Shown here piece by piece: positions 40,950-53,100 of a stretch of DNA of 64,000 bases (position 1 is the stretch's first letter; each line of letters starts with the position of its first letter). The notes under the pieces are model-generated. The model was not told the origin of the DNA, ran no database searches, and was given only the letters and a program-made list of their open reading frames with translations. Source of the DNA: Macrostomum hystrix (Eukaryota > Animalia > Platyhelminthes); contig CATNEN010000007.1 of assembly GCA_950097015.1 (NCBI GenBank), forward strand, positions 5,890,001-5,954,000. Direction: 5' to 3'. Made by a program: the position numbers and the translations under genes.

Positions 40950-42620
40950 GCAGCAGTGATGAATGCTGCCTCAATATCCTCTTGGCACTGAAATTTGACG
41001 CAAAAATTCAAATTCTAACTCTGTTTCAGCTGCCGGAGTTAGTCACGTCGGCTGCTTCAAGGACAATGGAAACCGAGATCTGCCCGTAGTGTACACTGCC
41101 GGCTACCAGACATCAAAGGCATTCTGCTTCCGCTACTGTCGCAGCCGAGGCTACAGGTACTTTGGCCTGCAGAACGGCAACCAGTGCACTTGTGGAAACA
41201 CCGTCGGCCGGTACGGCAGAGCAGCGAGCAAGGATTGTCGGTCTAAATGCTCGGGTGATAAGAGTACAATGTGCGGCGGCCCATGGAGGAACGATGTATT
41301 CACTACTGGACTGAAGCCCAAGAGTGTCAAGAGTAAGTAATGCCGCTAGTGAGCAGCTAAGAGCTCGAATTTGGTTTAGTGTGAATTTACTAGAGTCTGC
41401 TCTCTGCTTTCTGATTGAGCTTCGCTTTCTCAGTGTTGTTGTGTCTATGAAGACGCGTGTCACAATGCATGTAGGCTATAGCTGTGTGCTCAATAACCTT
41501 CCTTGGTCTTGTGAATTTTGCAGCACCGGGTCTGTCGCACATTGGCTGCTTCATTGATGGCGGAACTCGCGACCTGACGACGCTTGGTGGCAGGGGCAGC
41601 ATGTCGGTCGGAAAGTGCTACAGACTGTGCAGAAGCAAGAAGTTCAAGTTCTTTGGAGTCCAGGCTGGAAACGAGTGCTGGTGCGGCAACCACTACGGAC
41701 GGTATGGCCGACGCGACAAGCGCGAGTGCCGATCGCAGTGCAACGGAGACAAGACAACCTATTGCGGCGGCGGCTGGAGAAACGACGTGTACGCCACTGG
41801 ACTGGAGGAGCACGCCGTCGGAGTGAGCTTCCTTGGCTGCTTCCGCGACAATGGTCATCGCGACTTGCCTGTTGTGCACAATGCCAACCACGAGACCACA
41901 AAGGCATACTGTCTGAACTTCTGCAAGGCTCGGGGCTACAGGTACTTTGGACTGCAGGCTGGATCCCAGTGCACGTGCGGCAACAAGTATGGCAACTTTG
42001 GTCGAGTGGCCGTAAAGGAGTGCAGCACACGATGCCGAGGCGACAACAGACGAACCTGCGGTGGCAGCTGGAGGAACGCAGTCTACTCGACTGGAATCGG
42101 CAGCAGGGCTGTTAAACGTGAGCTTTTGTTGCAGCAGGGTGAAACCAGTAGGGCGTTGCATTTTAGCGTTTAACTACAGAGAACTCCGTTTCTAGGAAGA
42201 AGAGTAATGTATAAAACCTCAATCTGACACCGAATGACGCTTTTCAGTGGCTGGAGTGAAGCATCTCGGCTGCTATCTGGACAGGGGTGCAAGAGACCTC
42301 AGCAGTCGCGTCATCTCCGGATCCGTCACTGTGCCAAAGTGCTACAATGCGTGCAAGCGCCGCAACTACCGCTTCTTTGGCGTACAGGCAGGCAGCGAGT
42401 GCTGGTGCGGAAACCACTACGGCCGATACAGCATCCGGTCGAACCTCGAGTGCAGGTCACAGTGCAGAGGAGACAAGTCGACCTACTGTGGCGGCGCATG
42501 GAGAAACAATGTGTACACCACTGGCGTCGTGGTGGCCAGCAAAGGTGAGCGGTAGTTGCTGCCAGCTTACATTAGGTTTTCTGTTCGATTTAGCCCGAAG
42601 AGACACAGCAGCAGCAGCAG

Positions 42621-42673
<53 letters not shown>

Positions 42674-45560
42674 GCAGCAGTGATGAATGCTGCCTCAATA
42701 TCCTCTTGGCACTGAAATTTGACGCAAAAATTCAAATTCTAACTCTGTTTCAGCTGCCGGAGTTAGTCACGTCGGCTGCTTCAAGGACAATGGAAACCGA
42801 GATCTGCCCGTAGTGTACACTGCCGGCTACCAGACATCAAAGGCATTCTGCTTCCGCTACTGTCGCAGCCGAGGCTACAGGTACTTTGGCCTGCAGAACG
42901 GCAACCAGTGCACTTGTGGAAACACCGTCGGCCGGTACGGCAGAGCAGCGAGCAAGGATTGTCGGTCTAAATGCTCGGGTGATAAGAGTACAATGTGCGG
43001 CGGCCCATGGAGGAACGATGTATTCACTACTGGACTGAAGCCCAAGAGTGTCAAGAGTAAGTAATGCCGCTAGTGAGCAGCTAAGAGCTCGAATTTGGTT
43101 TAGTGTGAATTTACTAGAGTCTGCTCTCTGCTTTCTGATTGAGCTTCGCTTTCTCAGTGTTGTTGTGTCTATGAAGACGCGTGTCACAATGCATGTAGGC
43201 TATAGCTGTGTGCTCAATAACCTTCCTTGGTCTTGTGAATTTTGCAGCACCGGGTCTGTCGCACATTGGCTGCTTCATTGATGGCGGAACTCGCGACCTG
43301 ACGACGCTTGGTGGCAGGGGCAGCATGTCGGTCGGAAAGTGCTACAGACTGTGCAGAAGCAAGAAGTTCAAGTTCTTTGGAGTCCAGGCTGGAAACGAGT
43401 GCTGGTGCGGCAACCACTACGGACGGTATGGCCGACGCGACAAGCGCGAGTGCCGATCGCAGTGCAACGGAGACAAGACAACCTATTGCGGCGGCGGCTG
43501 GAGAAACGACGTGTACGCCACTGGACTGGAGGAGCACGCCGTCGGAGTGAGCTTCCTTGGCTGCTTCCGCGACAATGGTCATCGCGACTTGCCTGTTGTG
43601 CACAATGCCAACCACGAGACCACAAAGGCATACTGTCTGAACTTCTGCAAGGCTCGGGGCTACAGGTACTTTGGACTGCAGGCTGGATCCCAGTGCACGT
43701 GCGGCAACAAGTATGGCAACTTTGGTCGAGTGGCCGTAAAGGAGTGCAGCACACGATGCCGAGGCGACAACAGACGAACCTGCGGTGGCAGCTGGAGGAA
43801 CGCAGTCTACTCGACTGGAATCGGCAGCAGGGCTGTTAAACGTGAGCTTTTGTTGCAGCAGGGTGAAACCAGTAGCGCGTTGCATTTTTAGCGTTTAACT
43901 ACAGAGAACTCCGTTTCTAGGAAGAAGAGTAATGTATAAAACCTCAATCTGACACCGAATGACGCTTTTCAGTGGCTGGAGTGAAGCATCTCGGCTGCTT
44001 TCTGGACAAGGCTGCGAGGGATCTGAGGAAGCGTGTTTTTTCTGGATCTATTACTACCCGAAAGTGCTACAACATGTGCAAGGTCCGAAAATATCGTTAC
44101 TTTGGGGTGCAGAATGGAAAGGAGTGCTGGTGCAGCAATCATTATGGCCGATACGGCATCCGATCGGGCCTAGAGTGCCGGACGCAGTGCAGCGGAGACA
44201 AGTCGAGCGATTGCGGGGGTCCGTGGAGGAACAGTATTTTCTCTACGGGCTACAACCCAGATGGTGAGAACTCATTTTAATGGTTGCGTCTATTTTGAGG
44301 CCGGAAATAATAAATTATTTTTTTGTTTCAGTTCCTATTTGTCCGTTTGGAACTGTGGCAAAAACTATTAAACGAAGAGCTTGTGGTTGCGCTCCGACAC
44401 CTGGACCGGAGATTCTCGGCTCTCTAGCTTTTGTTGTTGATACTACTGGTAGCATGGGATCCGTGTTCAAGTCAGTTCGGAACAGCATTTCTAAGATCCT
44501 ATCTGCAAACAGGCGATTCCAGAACTTTGTGGTTGCAAGCTACGGTGATCCGTACAAGCGCCATGTGACTCGATCGTCATCAGCTTCGAGTGTTCAGAGT
44601 TTCCTAGATAAAATTCGGATTGGCGGTGGTGGCGACTGTCCTGAGTTTGCTATTTCTGCTGTGATTGACGCAGCCGAAAAAGCTGATGAGGACTCGGTGC
44701 TGCTTCTGTTCACAGATGCCTCGGCGAAGGACCGCAGCTTGACCCCACGTGCAGCGACCTTGTTGAAGTCGAAGAGAATCCGCTTCATCGCCATTGGCAG
44801 CGGCCATTTGTGCGGTGGTGGCGCTGAATACGATCAGCTGGCCAGAGAGACCGGGGGACTCGTTGCGAAGTTGAGTCGCAGTGTTTCAGATAAGGTTAGT
44901 TATCAATGCCGCCGCAAAACAGTATCTGGGCAAAAAAAATATTTGCAAGTTATACTGGTTTTTTCTTTGTGACTTTAGGTCATGAAACTTATTGAACTGG
45001 CAGCTGGAGGCAAAATGAGTTTCCGAGCATTCCCGAAGACCACTAGCGATCTTGACAATGCATTGAGAGGAAGTGAGTTATTAATGTAATTTTTGCTTCA
45101 GAAAATAGATGTTCTTATTTAGTAGTTTGCTTAAATTTGTAATAACATTTCTAGAATGTCCCTGTCGAACGGTAAAGCGTCGTGTCTGCGTGAAGCCCCA
45201 TTCGGGTATGTTTGCTCGTAGTTTTGATTTTTCGATTCCATTTTTGCGATTGGTTGGCAGATGCACATTTCTTATTCGCTTTTAGCTACCTTGGGCTGCT
45301 TCCTGGACGATCCAGACCACCCGGACTTCTCGGTGGTGGCCGGTAGGGGCGAGAAGATGACGATCTGGAAGTGCAACGATCTCTGCAAGGCCAAGAAGTT
45401 TTCCTACTTCGGTCTGAAGAACGGCTCTCAGTGCAGCTGCGGCGACAACTACGGAAACAGTGGTGACGTGGACAAATCCAAGTGCAGCATGCCCTGCTCT
45501 GGCAATCGGGTGGAGAAGTGCGGCGGTCGCACAAGCAATAGTGTGTACAAGGTGGACTAA
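21904..45560 (+). CDS. Giant secreted WSC-repeat / hemicentin-type vWA protein (~5,290 aa; 46 WSC + 3 vWA modules)
   Basis: Signal-peptide exon 21904-21973 (MSPTMAPAGWSLLLALWLSCATA). WSC exon 22311-22598. vWA-1 exons 22856-23415, 23579-23672, 23785-23835. vWA-2 exons 24309-24865, 24942-25035, 25135-25185. Then 11 x [303-, 594-, 297-nt exons = 4 WSC], first unit 25495-25797, 25989-26582, 26713-27009, last exon 43973-44263. vWA-3 exons 44332-44894, 44979-45072, 45155-45205. Final WSC 45286-45560 (TAA). All junctions are GT-AG and phase-compatible; total 15,876 nt. WSC motif GCF.D...RDL..C...C...Y.YFG.Q.G.EC.CGN..C...C.G.....CGG.WRN.VY. vWA motifs D[TI]TGSM, GGGDCPE, FTDASAKD. Confidence 0.88.
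25316..43998 (+). repeat. Intragenic tandem array of ~1.72-kb units (3 exons + 3 introns), 11 copies, near-identical
   Basis: Unit spacings from the ORF track: 1724, 1751, 1706, 1751, 1706, 1724, 1724, 1725, 1724, 1724. Length differences come from an intronic (CAG/TAG)n tract and a 1-nt T indel. Confidence 0.97.
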
Positions 45561-45670
45561 TTCTCGTGCTCCATACTGTCGAAACTGCTGGTGGTGGGTT
45601 TGACTGCATCGAAATAATGGTCGACTTTGAAACTATCCAAACAATTCAAAATGTCTCATTTAAATCAGAA

Positions 45671-45676
45671 AATAAA
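45671..45676 (+). terminator. Probable polyadenylation signal of the WSC/vWA gene
   Basis: AATAAA ~110 nt after the stop codon, followed by T-rich sequence. Confidence 0.5.
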
Positions 45677-45823
45677 AATATAATTTTCTATTTAAAAGGG
45701 ATATAATTAGTTTCTATTTACCTATAGATTGTTTTCATGTTTTTTTCATTAAAAAAGCAAGATAATATTTTGTTTTAAGAGTCTAGGTCGCTGAATATAG
45801 GTTAGTTTACTGAATTCCAAGTC

Positions 45824-45875
45824 GTCAGTCAGTCAGTCAGTCAGTCAGTCAGTCAGTCAGTCAGTCAGTCAGTCA
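45824..45875. repeat. (GTCA)n microsatellite
   Basis: About 13 copies directly after the stop of the minus-strand receptor gene. Confidence 0.95.
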
Positions 45876-45880
45876 AATTA

Positions 45881-48800
45881 TTATCTCATCGGTCTGAGGG
45901 ATGCCGCGAACGCATGCGCGGTCTGCTCCGTTCGACGCCTGTCGCTTCGCTTCCGCAGCAGACGGCCGCAGGTGAACTCCACACCAGAAATAGCAAGCGC
46001 CAGACAACAGCCAACCAGATTGACCACTGTGATTCCGAGGCTGCTAGACAGGCCCAATGATTCTGTATTTACTGGCCACGGCTCTGGTGGCAGGCTGGCC
46101 AACAGACGGCCCAGAAAGCTGCTGTCGCTGCAGTCCGGTCGCTGAGAATTTGTCAGTTGAAGAAATCTAGGAAGAATGTTGCATTCAACTTAGTCTACAA
46201 CAGCCGAAAATAAAGGCACTAAAGCGAACATGTTTATGGCAATCCAATTTTAACTCACTGACTCGTTAGACTGGTTTGTGACGCCATTTTGATAATCTCG
46301 GTGTCAAAATAGCCTGCGTACTCACTGTCGCGCGGCATGATAAGCGCCGTCTTCAGCATGTAGAAGCTGCCAGAACTGGCCAAGCCGCAGTTTGTGTCTT
46401 GTAGGTTTGCATTCTGCAAACTGTCAGCTATGAGAGCGAAGGGTGCGGAGCTGTTAAGAATCAGGCCCACCGCTGTAGGGATTCCGTCCACGAGTCCATT
46501 TCTGAAGCGCTGCGTCATCAGGGCGTAGGCTTGCTGAGCGTGTACATTAACCGAGTCCCTCATTAGGCTCATAATGGCACCATTTTTCACCACGCAGAAC
46601 TCGTACTTATCGCTGCGCACCAGGTCCTCCAGCGAGTCTGGCTGCTTGTCCTCCGCTGCAAGTAGCCGAAATGAGGCACTGTTGGCCGCGTAGGCGAGCA
46701 GCAGGAAGATGGTGAAGAACCAGAAGCCGCTGATCGCAATTCGGCAGGAAATGCTGTCGGGCAGTAGGCTGGTGTTGCCCTGTAGCGCCTCTGCCAGGCT
46801 GAAGAAGATGCTGTCGTAGATGCTCAGCGTGGCCCTTGGCTCCGGCTCCGCTCGGTGCAGAGCCGACAGCACGACTGAGAAGCACAGCAGCAGGCCGAGA
46901 ACTCCCAGCCAGATTGTCATTTCCATAGGCTGTAGGAAACGGAATATCTCCTGGCTCATGTCTGTCACCTTCTTCTTGAGCAGAATCGATAGCGGCGCAG
47001 TGTGGATCACCTGGGAAAACCTCACTGCTAGTCTGCGGCTTGCTTGCATCGTGATCGGCGCGCATCCAAGGTGTGCCTTGCCTTGGCTCACGGTGCCCAT
47101 CAGGCCGCTCCACACTCCATTCACCAGTGTGCCGGAGGTTCCATCAGGCTGCAGCACGAATTCGTAGTTCGTGATCTGCAGTGGGTAATAAATTATTCAC
47201 AAGAGACTAACAGATACATTGCTATGTTGTGTCGCAAATTTCGACCGAGGCGAGATGAAATTATTGATTTTAGCTCGTAAATGAGGGAATTCAAAGCGAG
47301 ATATTATAATGCGATTTGGAGAGAAGGGTCGAAGGCGACAATATTTTGGTTAGTGGTTGAGCACAGGTAAACGTGCACAGGTAAGATTCTAGAGAAAATG
47401 TAAATATGTACTTGGGTTGGAATAAACCTAAAAGAAAAAATGAATAATAAACAATTGGTAATACATAATACTCGCAAAGCAGACCTGATAGTAGACGCTG
47501 AGTTCAGAAAGGCTGCCTTTAGTTACTTACCCCAAGCCTTGCCAGCAAGGTTTTGCAGATCCCAATGTACATCCCGGTGAGCTGCTCGCTCAGTGGAGCA
47601 TTCTTCGGCACACTCGTCTTGAAGCCAACGAACGGTGGAGTGATGAAGGTCACCACGCGAAACGGGTTGTACCGGAGCTCCTCCAGGGTTGCATTGGGTA
47701 GGCGGGGCTTGTCGGGCATTGAGATGATCTCAAGGCCTCCAACTGACCGCCACTTGCCGATCTGCGGGATAGATATGGACATATTTTTGTTCCTTCGATT
47801 ACTGCTTTGTGAAAGAGCACCGAGAGAAGTTAGAATTTCCACTCTGTATACCGGTTTAAAAAAGCAAAAAATTCGCTTCTCTTTACATTTTATCACTTTC
47901 GTATTAGTAGGCTAGCTGTGTTGTGTATGTGGCTTGCATGCCGCCTAGAGTGGCGCGTTTCGATTGGCTGGGGGGTTTACTGTCTGCCCCAAACCGGTCT
48001 AGGCCAGGGTGGGGGGTCAGCTGTTGACGTGGCAGTCTAAGAATATAACTGGCCTTGCATTAGACCTTTTCAAGCCTTGCTATCGTTTCAACCTTCTAAA
48101 CCACTATCGCTCCGTTCTTCCTTTGGCCACGCTACCCCAGCACAACAAGTTGAATAATTTGGCCTCAATTTATCTAAAATTAGATTTTTCATATTTTCCT
48201 GTGTATATGTAAACCTCTACGATAATTTTTTACGAATTACCTGCCGTCTGCGACTCTCAAGGCCTCTGTAGATCTGCAGCTCCCAATATACTCTTTGCAC
48301 GTGCCCGCCCGGTAGCAGAGCAAAGCGACCAGTGAAGCCGTTGATGTTGGTCGGAATTGGCGCTGTCTGAGAGGATTCAGTTGTAGAAAGAAAAATTTAA
48401 TTTTTATAACAATATGTTCCGTTTATTGCTACTCACGTCATTGCACAAGTAACGCTGTAGGTATATTTTCCAAATTGAAACCAAGTCGTTAATGAATACA
48501 TCGTCGTGAGTCAGTAGGTCCAGTTTAAGAGTGTCTCGCACTCTTCCGAATTCAATCGACGTAATATTAGTTGTATATGTGACCATTCTCGGATCAAAGT
48601 CCACGTTCGTCAGCCTCTGCAACATTCGGGTTTCAGAAGTGTAATTATTTTTTATGATTCACACTCGAGCTTGAAATGATACGTATGAATTGGCATTACC
48701 GCTCCATGAAAAATCCATCGATACTGGTACACAAACATGTTCAGCGAGAAGGCGACCACTTTCAAATAGTCAGCCTCTTTAGAACTTATCAGCGCAAAGA

Positions 48801-49688
48801 TGTTAACGATTCCGCGCTCTCGAATCGTCAATAGAGCATTCTCCAGTGTGCGCCTGTCGTACAGAAAGTACAAGACACCAAGGTCGAAGAAGGTAAATAA
48901 ATTGTTCATCTCGGTCACGTCATACGACCGATCGGCGATGACGGCTGCGCGCCTGTTTTGTGGATGCTTCGGGTAGAGACTTTCGTTGATCAGTTGCCGA
49001 GTGACACTGATCAGAGCGCTCTCCAGAATGCGCGGCGGCAAGGGCCCAATGTCATGTGTGAGGCCTCTCGGGTAGTCAGGCACTGAGGTATTGCGGCTGA
49101 GGTTTCCCAGCATGCTTGTAAGGCTGCTTCGCTTGACACCGATAAACAGGTAGTTTGAGTCCCGGATGTCCTGCTTAGCTGAATGAGGCGGGCTGTGGCA
49201 AATGCTTTTTGTACCAGCATTATTTACTGCACTATTTGTGCTGTTTCATTGCTCCACTCACCTAAGCCAATCTGGTCCAAGCTAAGAATGCCGCCTAAGG
49301 GGTAGGTCTTCAGACGGAAGTTGATACTGCTGATTCGGCTGCTGTTGGGACAGGAGCTAGCAGCTGAGGGCAGCAAGATGGTGTTGAACTGGCGCTGTAG
49401 CACAGCGTCAACATCAGCGGAGTCCCAAATGATTCCTGATCGAAGTTTTTTGTATTTGGGCTTGTCAAATAAAACTGAAAGGCGATCCCGAGTCAACCTA
49501 CTTGCAGAATACATAACTCGACAAATGTGGCAATACACGATCTGGCGATCTAATCACTTACCCACGCTGATGTTGTACTTTTGAGCCGTTGGAGCGACAG
49601 TTGTAGCTGCGTCAGCCGCGGAGCAAATCCGATTGAGAAAAACAGCGGAAAAGCTCGCAATAATGACAAAGACCACAACTGTAGACAT
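45881..49688 (-). CDS. Divergent ionotropic glutamate receptor / IR-like subunit A (signal peptide, ATD, S1, M1-M3, S2, M4)
   Basis: First exon 49562-49688 MSTVVVFVIIASFSAVFLNRICSA (signal peptide). Several ATD exons at 49.4-48.2 kb. S1: FRVVTFITPPFV and NGVWSGLMGTVSQGKAHLGCAPITMQASRRLAVRFS. M1: FRFLQPMEMTIWLGVLGLLLCFSVVL. M3: GFWFFTIFLLLAYAANSASF. S2: SLEDLV..FALIADS..C. M4: SLGLSSSLGITVVNLVGCCLALAISGVEF. Internal exon edges are approximate. Confidence 0.88.
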
Positions 49689-50163
49689 TGTCCTTCTTGA
49701 AGACTAAAGCAAAACTTTTCCTAACAAACACTAAAGAACACACATTGGAGTGAATCACATTTTCTTATTTAAAGTACATCAAGTTGATAGATTCGGCTGA
49801 CCTGACCATGACGGTGGGGCGGAGTGAAGATGGCGAAGCACTATGCTAACTCTGAGTGCACACAGGTATGGTGGGGCTCAGAAGATTTGGGGTTTGGAGC
49901 GAGTTTGTGCCCAATAGACAATAGCCGAGTGCACAGGACAGTTGGAGACAGGCTGCGAGACAGAAAGGCGGAGAGTAGCAAGCAGGGCACAATAATAGCA
50001 GATACTCCCGAGCACCAAATGCAGAAACAGCTCTATGTTCGAAGGCAGCACAAAAGGTAGGCTTCATTTATATTTCCACACTGCTCTCTGTTTGAGTCTC
50101 AGAGGCCAGCAGGCAACGCCCTGAGCAGATAGAAGCTTAGCTCCGGAGGACAAGTCGAGCCCG

Positions 50164-53100
50164 ATGCCAGCCAAGGCAATCGCACTGCTCTTCGTCGCAG
50201 CCGCCCTGTGGGGGGTCTGCGCCGAGTCTTCGTTTCACGTTGGTGAGCGAGCTTTTTTCCTGTTTTTTCCTGCTCGATAATTGCTACGAGAAGCATCTCT
50301 GCAAATCTGTTCTTCATGACCCCTCTGTTCAGGTGTCAGCGACCAGCAAGATGTTGTCGACGGCTTCGCAGCCATGAACAGCAGCTACCTGTACAGTTTG
50401 TTTGGCAACAACACAGTCACCTTCAAAGCTATCACTGTGCCCAATGGAAGGACTAGCACTGATATTTCGACCTGTAAGAATGGATTTTCCGACCCTTTTA
50501 AATTAAATGAATGATACGACTTCAATTTAAATTATGATATTTCGGCCTGTCTGTTTTATAAAAACCAACGGATATGTTACCTTCAATCAGTGCTCCTTCG
50601 GGGCCCTTGAGGGCCAACCTCAAAAGCACAGTAAAAGTGTACACTGCCTGACAACAATAAAGTCAGGTCAGATGTACACACATGTGTGAGCGTGGGCACT
50701 CTATGTGTACGGTATCTGTGTGCGTGTGTGCTTAGGAGTCAGCGAAGTGAGCAGATTTGCCTCGCCGCTGGCTGCAGGTCTGCAGTGTCGCCAAATTATG
50801 TGCCTGTCCAAGGCCATCCTGCAATTATTATTATTGTTATTCAGTGCTCATTCTCACCGCCGATGAATTGTTCAGTTGTCTCCAGCATCCGCAGCGAGTC
50901 GTTCAGCTTTATCATCGGCACTTTCGACGAGCTGCTTGCCTCGGCCTGTTCGTTCCTGACGATTCCGTTTTATTCGTTGAGCGAAAAGACGCTAGACCCG
51001 GAAATCACCACTCCCACTTATCTGAGGGGCAGCACCACTCTGCTGGCCAACACGCTGCTGGATGAGCTCATGCTGGCCTCTGTGAACCTGACCACCACTG
51101 TGGCGAAGCGCAGCTCCATTGTCATGCTGGTGGACAAGGTTGGAGCAAGTGAGTTGGCCATGCCAGTGTACCATAGCCCTTCTAATCCGCGAATGACTAA
51201 TGGGATTTCATGCTTCTAATGGCACATGAAACAGGACTGAATATCCTATTCGAGAGAAACATCACTCTGGAGTTCCGCATAACAGCTTTGAACGCCAGCA
51301 ATGCGACAGAAGTCAGGCAGCAGCTGTACGGCACCACCCAGTACGTCAGCGTGGATTCCACCGTCTATCTGATTGTGTCCAGCGAGCCAGGATTCGTAAA
51401 CAGCATTCTGAAGGAGGTGCGTCCAGTTTTCTTGTGATTTTTTACTTTTACCAGCTGAATGCAGCCCAGAGCTGTCTGTCGTCATTTCTTCCACTTTTCC
51501 AGGCCGTGTACTTGAGCATGCTGAAGAGCACAGCCTTCTGGATTATCCCTGAGCTGGTGAGGTCTTGACAGTTTGCAATGCAATTCTGTGTTTCCAATAC
51601 CCACTGCCTATTTCACAATAGCTCGCAAACCGAATGATCGATTCTCTTGAGAGTCCACCATCTGAATCGAAATTCTCCGCCCTTAACGATGAGCTAACTT
51701 TCAAAGCCGTCCGACGTCAGCATCGTCGAGATATCCAGCGATTCTTGTAGAAAACCCTGGTGACAGGGACAACTAGCATTGCTCTGTAGAAACATCTATA
51801 CCGAATCCATATTGATTCAATAATAAAACATCAACTATTTTATCGAACAGACGACACGGATACATGATGGAATTTTGTGAGCAGAAAATTTATGCCGATG
51901 GCTATATTGGTGACTTTTGCCACCAGACACCCCGACGAGAATCTTTGAATATACAGACGATTCCAGATTTTTTTCTGGAGGAGCATGAGTTCTGAATTTT
52001 CATGGCGATAGAATTTATGAGATACAGAAAAAAGAAAAATGGGTGCATTTGAAATACCCCAGTCGTTTTTAAAGTGTTAAAGATCTGCTCATCCGTCAAC
52101 AAACTGCAGTTTCTAAGCGATGCCGAGATTCTCCCCTTCTATGCCACTGGCGCCAACATCCTCACATTCCGTCTGCCAAACGGAGCCATCGGAAAGGAGT
52201 CCCAACTCAACATGTCCTTGGCGACAGACGTCATCTCGCACTATATCGCTAGCTTCTCACTGAATGCCACCAACACCACCATCATGCAGAAGATTTTTAT
52301 GGTAAACCTAAGGGCAGCTTCTTGGTCGTTGTCCCAACATTTTAGACGCTATCTAATGGATTTCATTTAGGATTGGAATGACTGAGTACAGGATGTCATT
52401 TATGATGAGAATCACTGAGTACAGGATGTCATTTATGATGAGAATCACTGAGTACAGGATGTCATTTAGGATGGGAATCACTGAGTACAGGATTTCATTT
52501 AGGATGGGAATCACTGAGTACAGGATGTCATTTAGGATGGGAATCACTGAGTACAGGACGTCATTTAGGATGGGAATCACTGAGTACAGGATGTCATTTA
52601 GGATGGGAATCACTGAGTACAGGATGTCATTTAGGATGGGAATCACTGAGTACAGGATGTCATTTAGGATGGGAATCACTGAGTACAGGATGTCATTTAG
52701 GATGGGAATCACTGAGTACAGGATGTCATTTAGGATGGGAATCACTGAGTACAGGATGTCATTTAGGGTAGGACATCGATTCGAATCAACCCTCAGACAA
52801 CAACGGCAGGCTCGGTATCGACGATGCACTTCAACGCGGATGACAGACGGCTGGACATGTTCTCCGCCAATCTAATGGGGGTGGAGTTAACGTCCCCCAG
52901 AAGCCTCACAAAGGTGAGAGATGCTCCAGAGAATGCGTGAATTCGGATTTATACAGCAAGCCCTGTCTGACTAGCAATTTCAAGGAATTCCTTTGTATCG
53001 CAGTTCGCCACGTGGAACCAGTCTGTGCCAAACAGCCTCGCCGTTTCGAGAACGAAGGCGAGCCTGCAGCTGCCAGTGCTACGGCTTGCTGGAGAGCTGG

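Noticed and set aside
25949-43891. Eleven separate small WSC genes, or antisense genes
   Set aside because: The ORFs start at GTG inside introns, lack signal peptides and are bounded by phase-compatible splice sites. The antisense ORFs are shadows of the coding exons.
52370-52800. Receptor B using the repeat-borne CATTTAG as its 3' splice site
   Set aside because: The unique CCCTCAG at ~52796 is also in phase and gives a better ATD-like join (IFM|TTTAGSVSTMHF). Upstream repeat AGs lead to a TGA within five codons.
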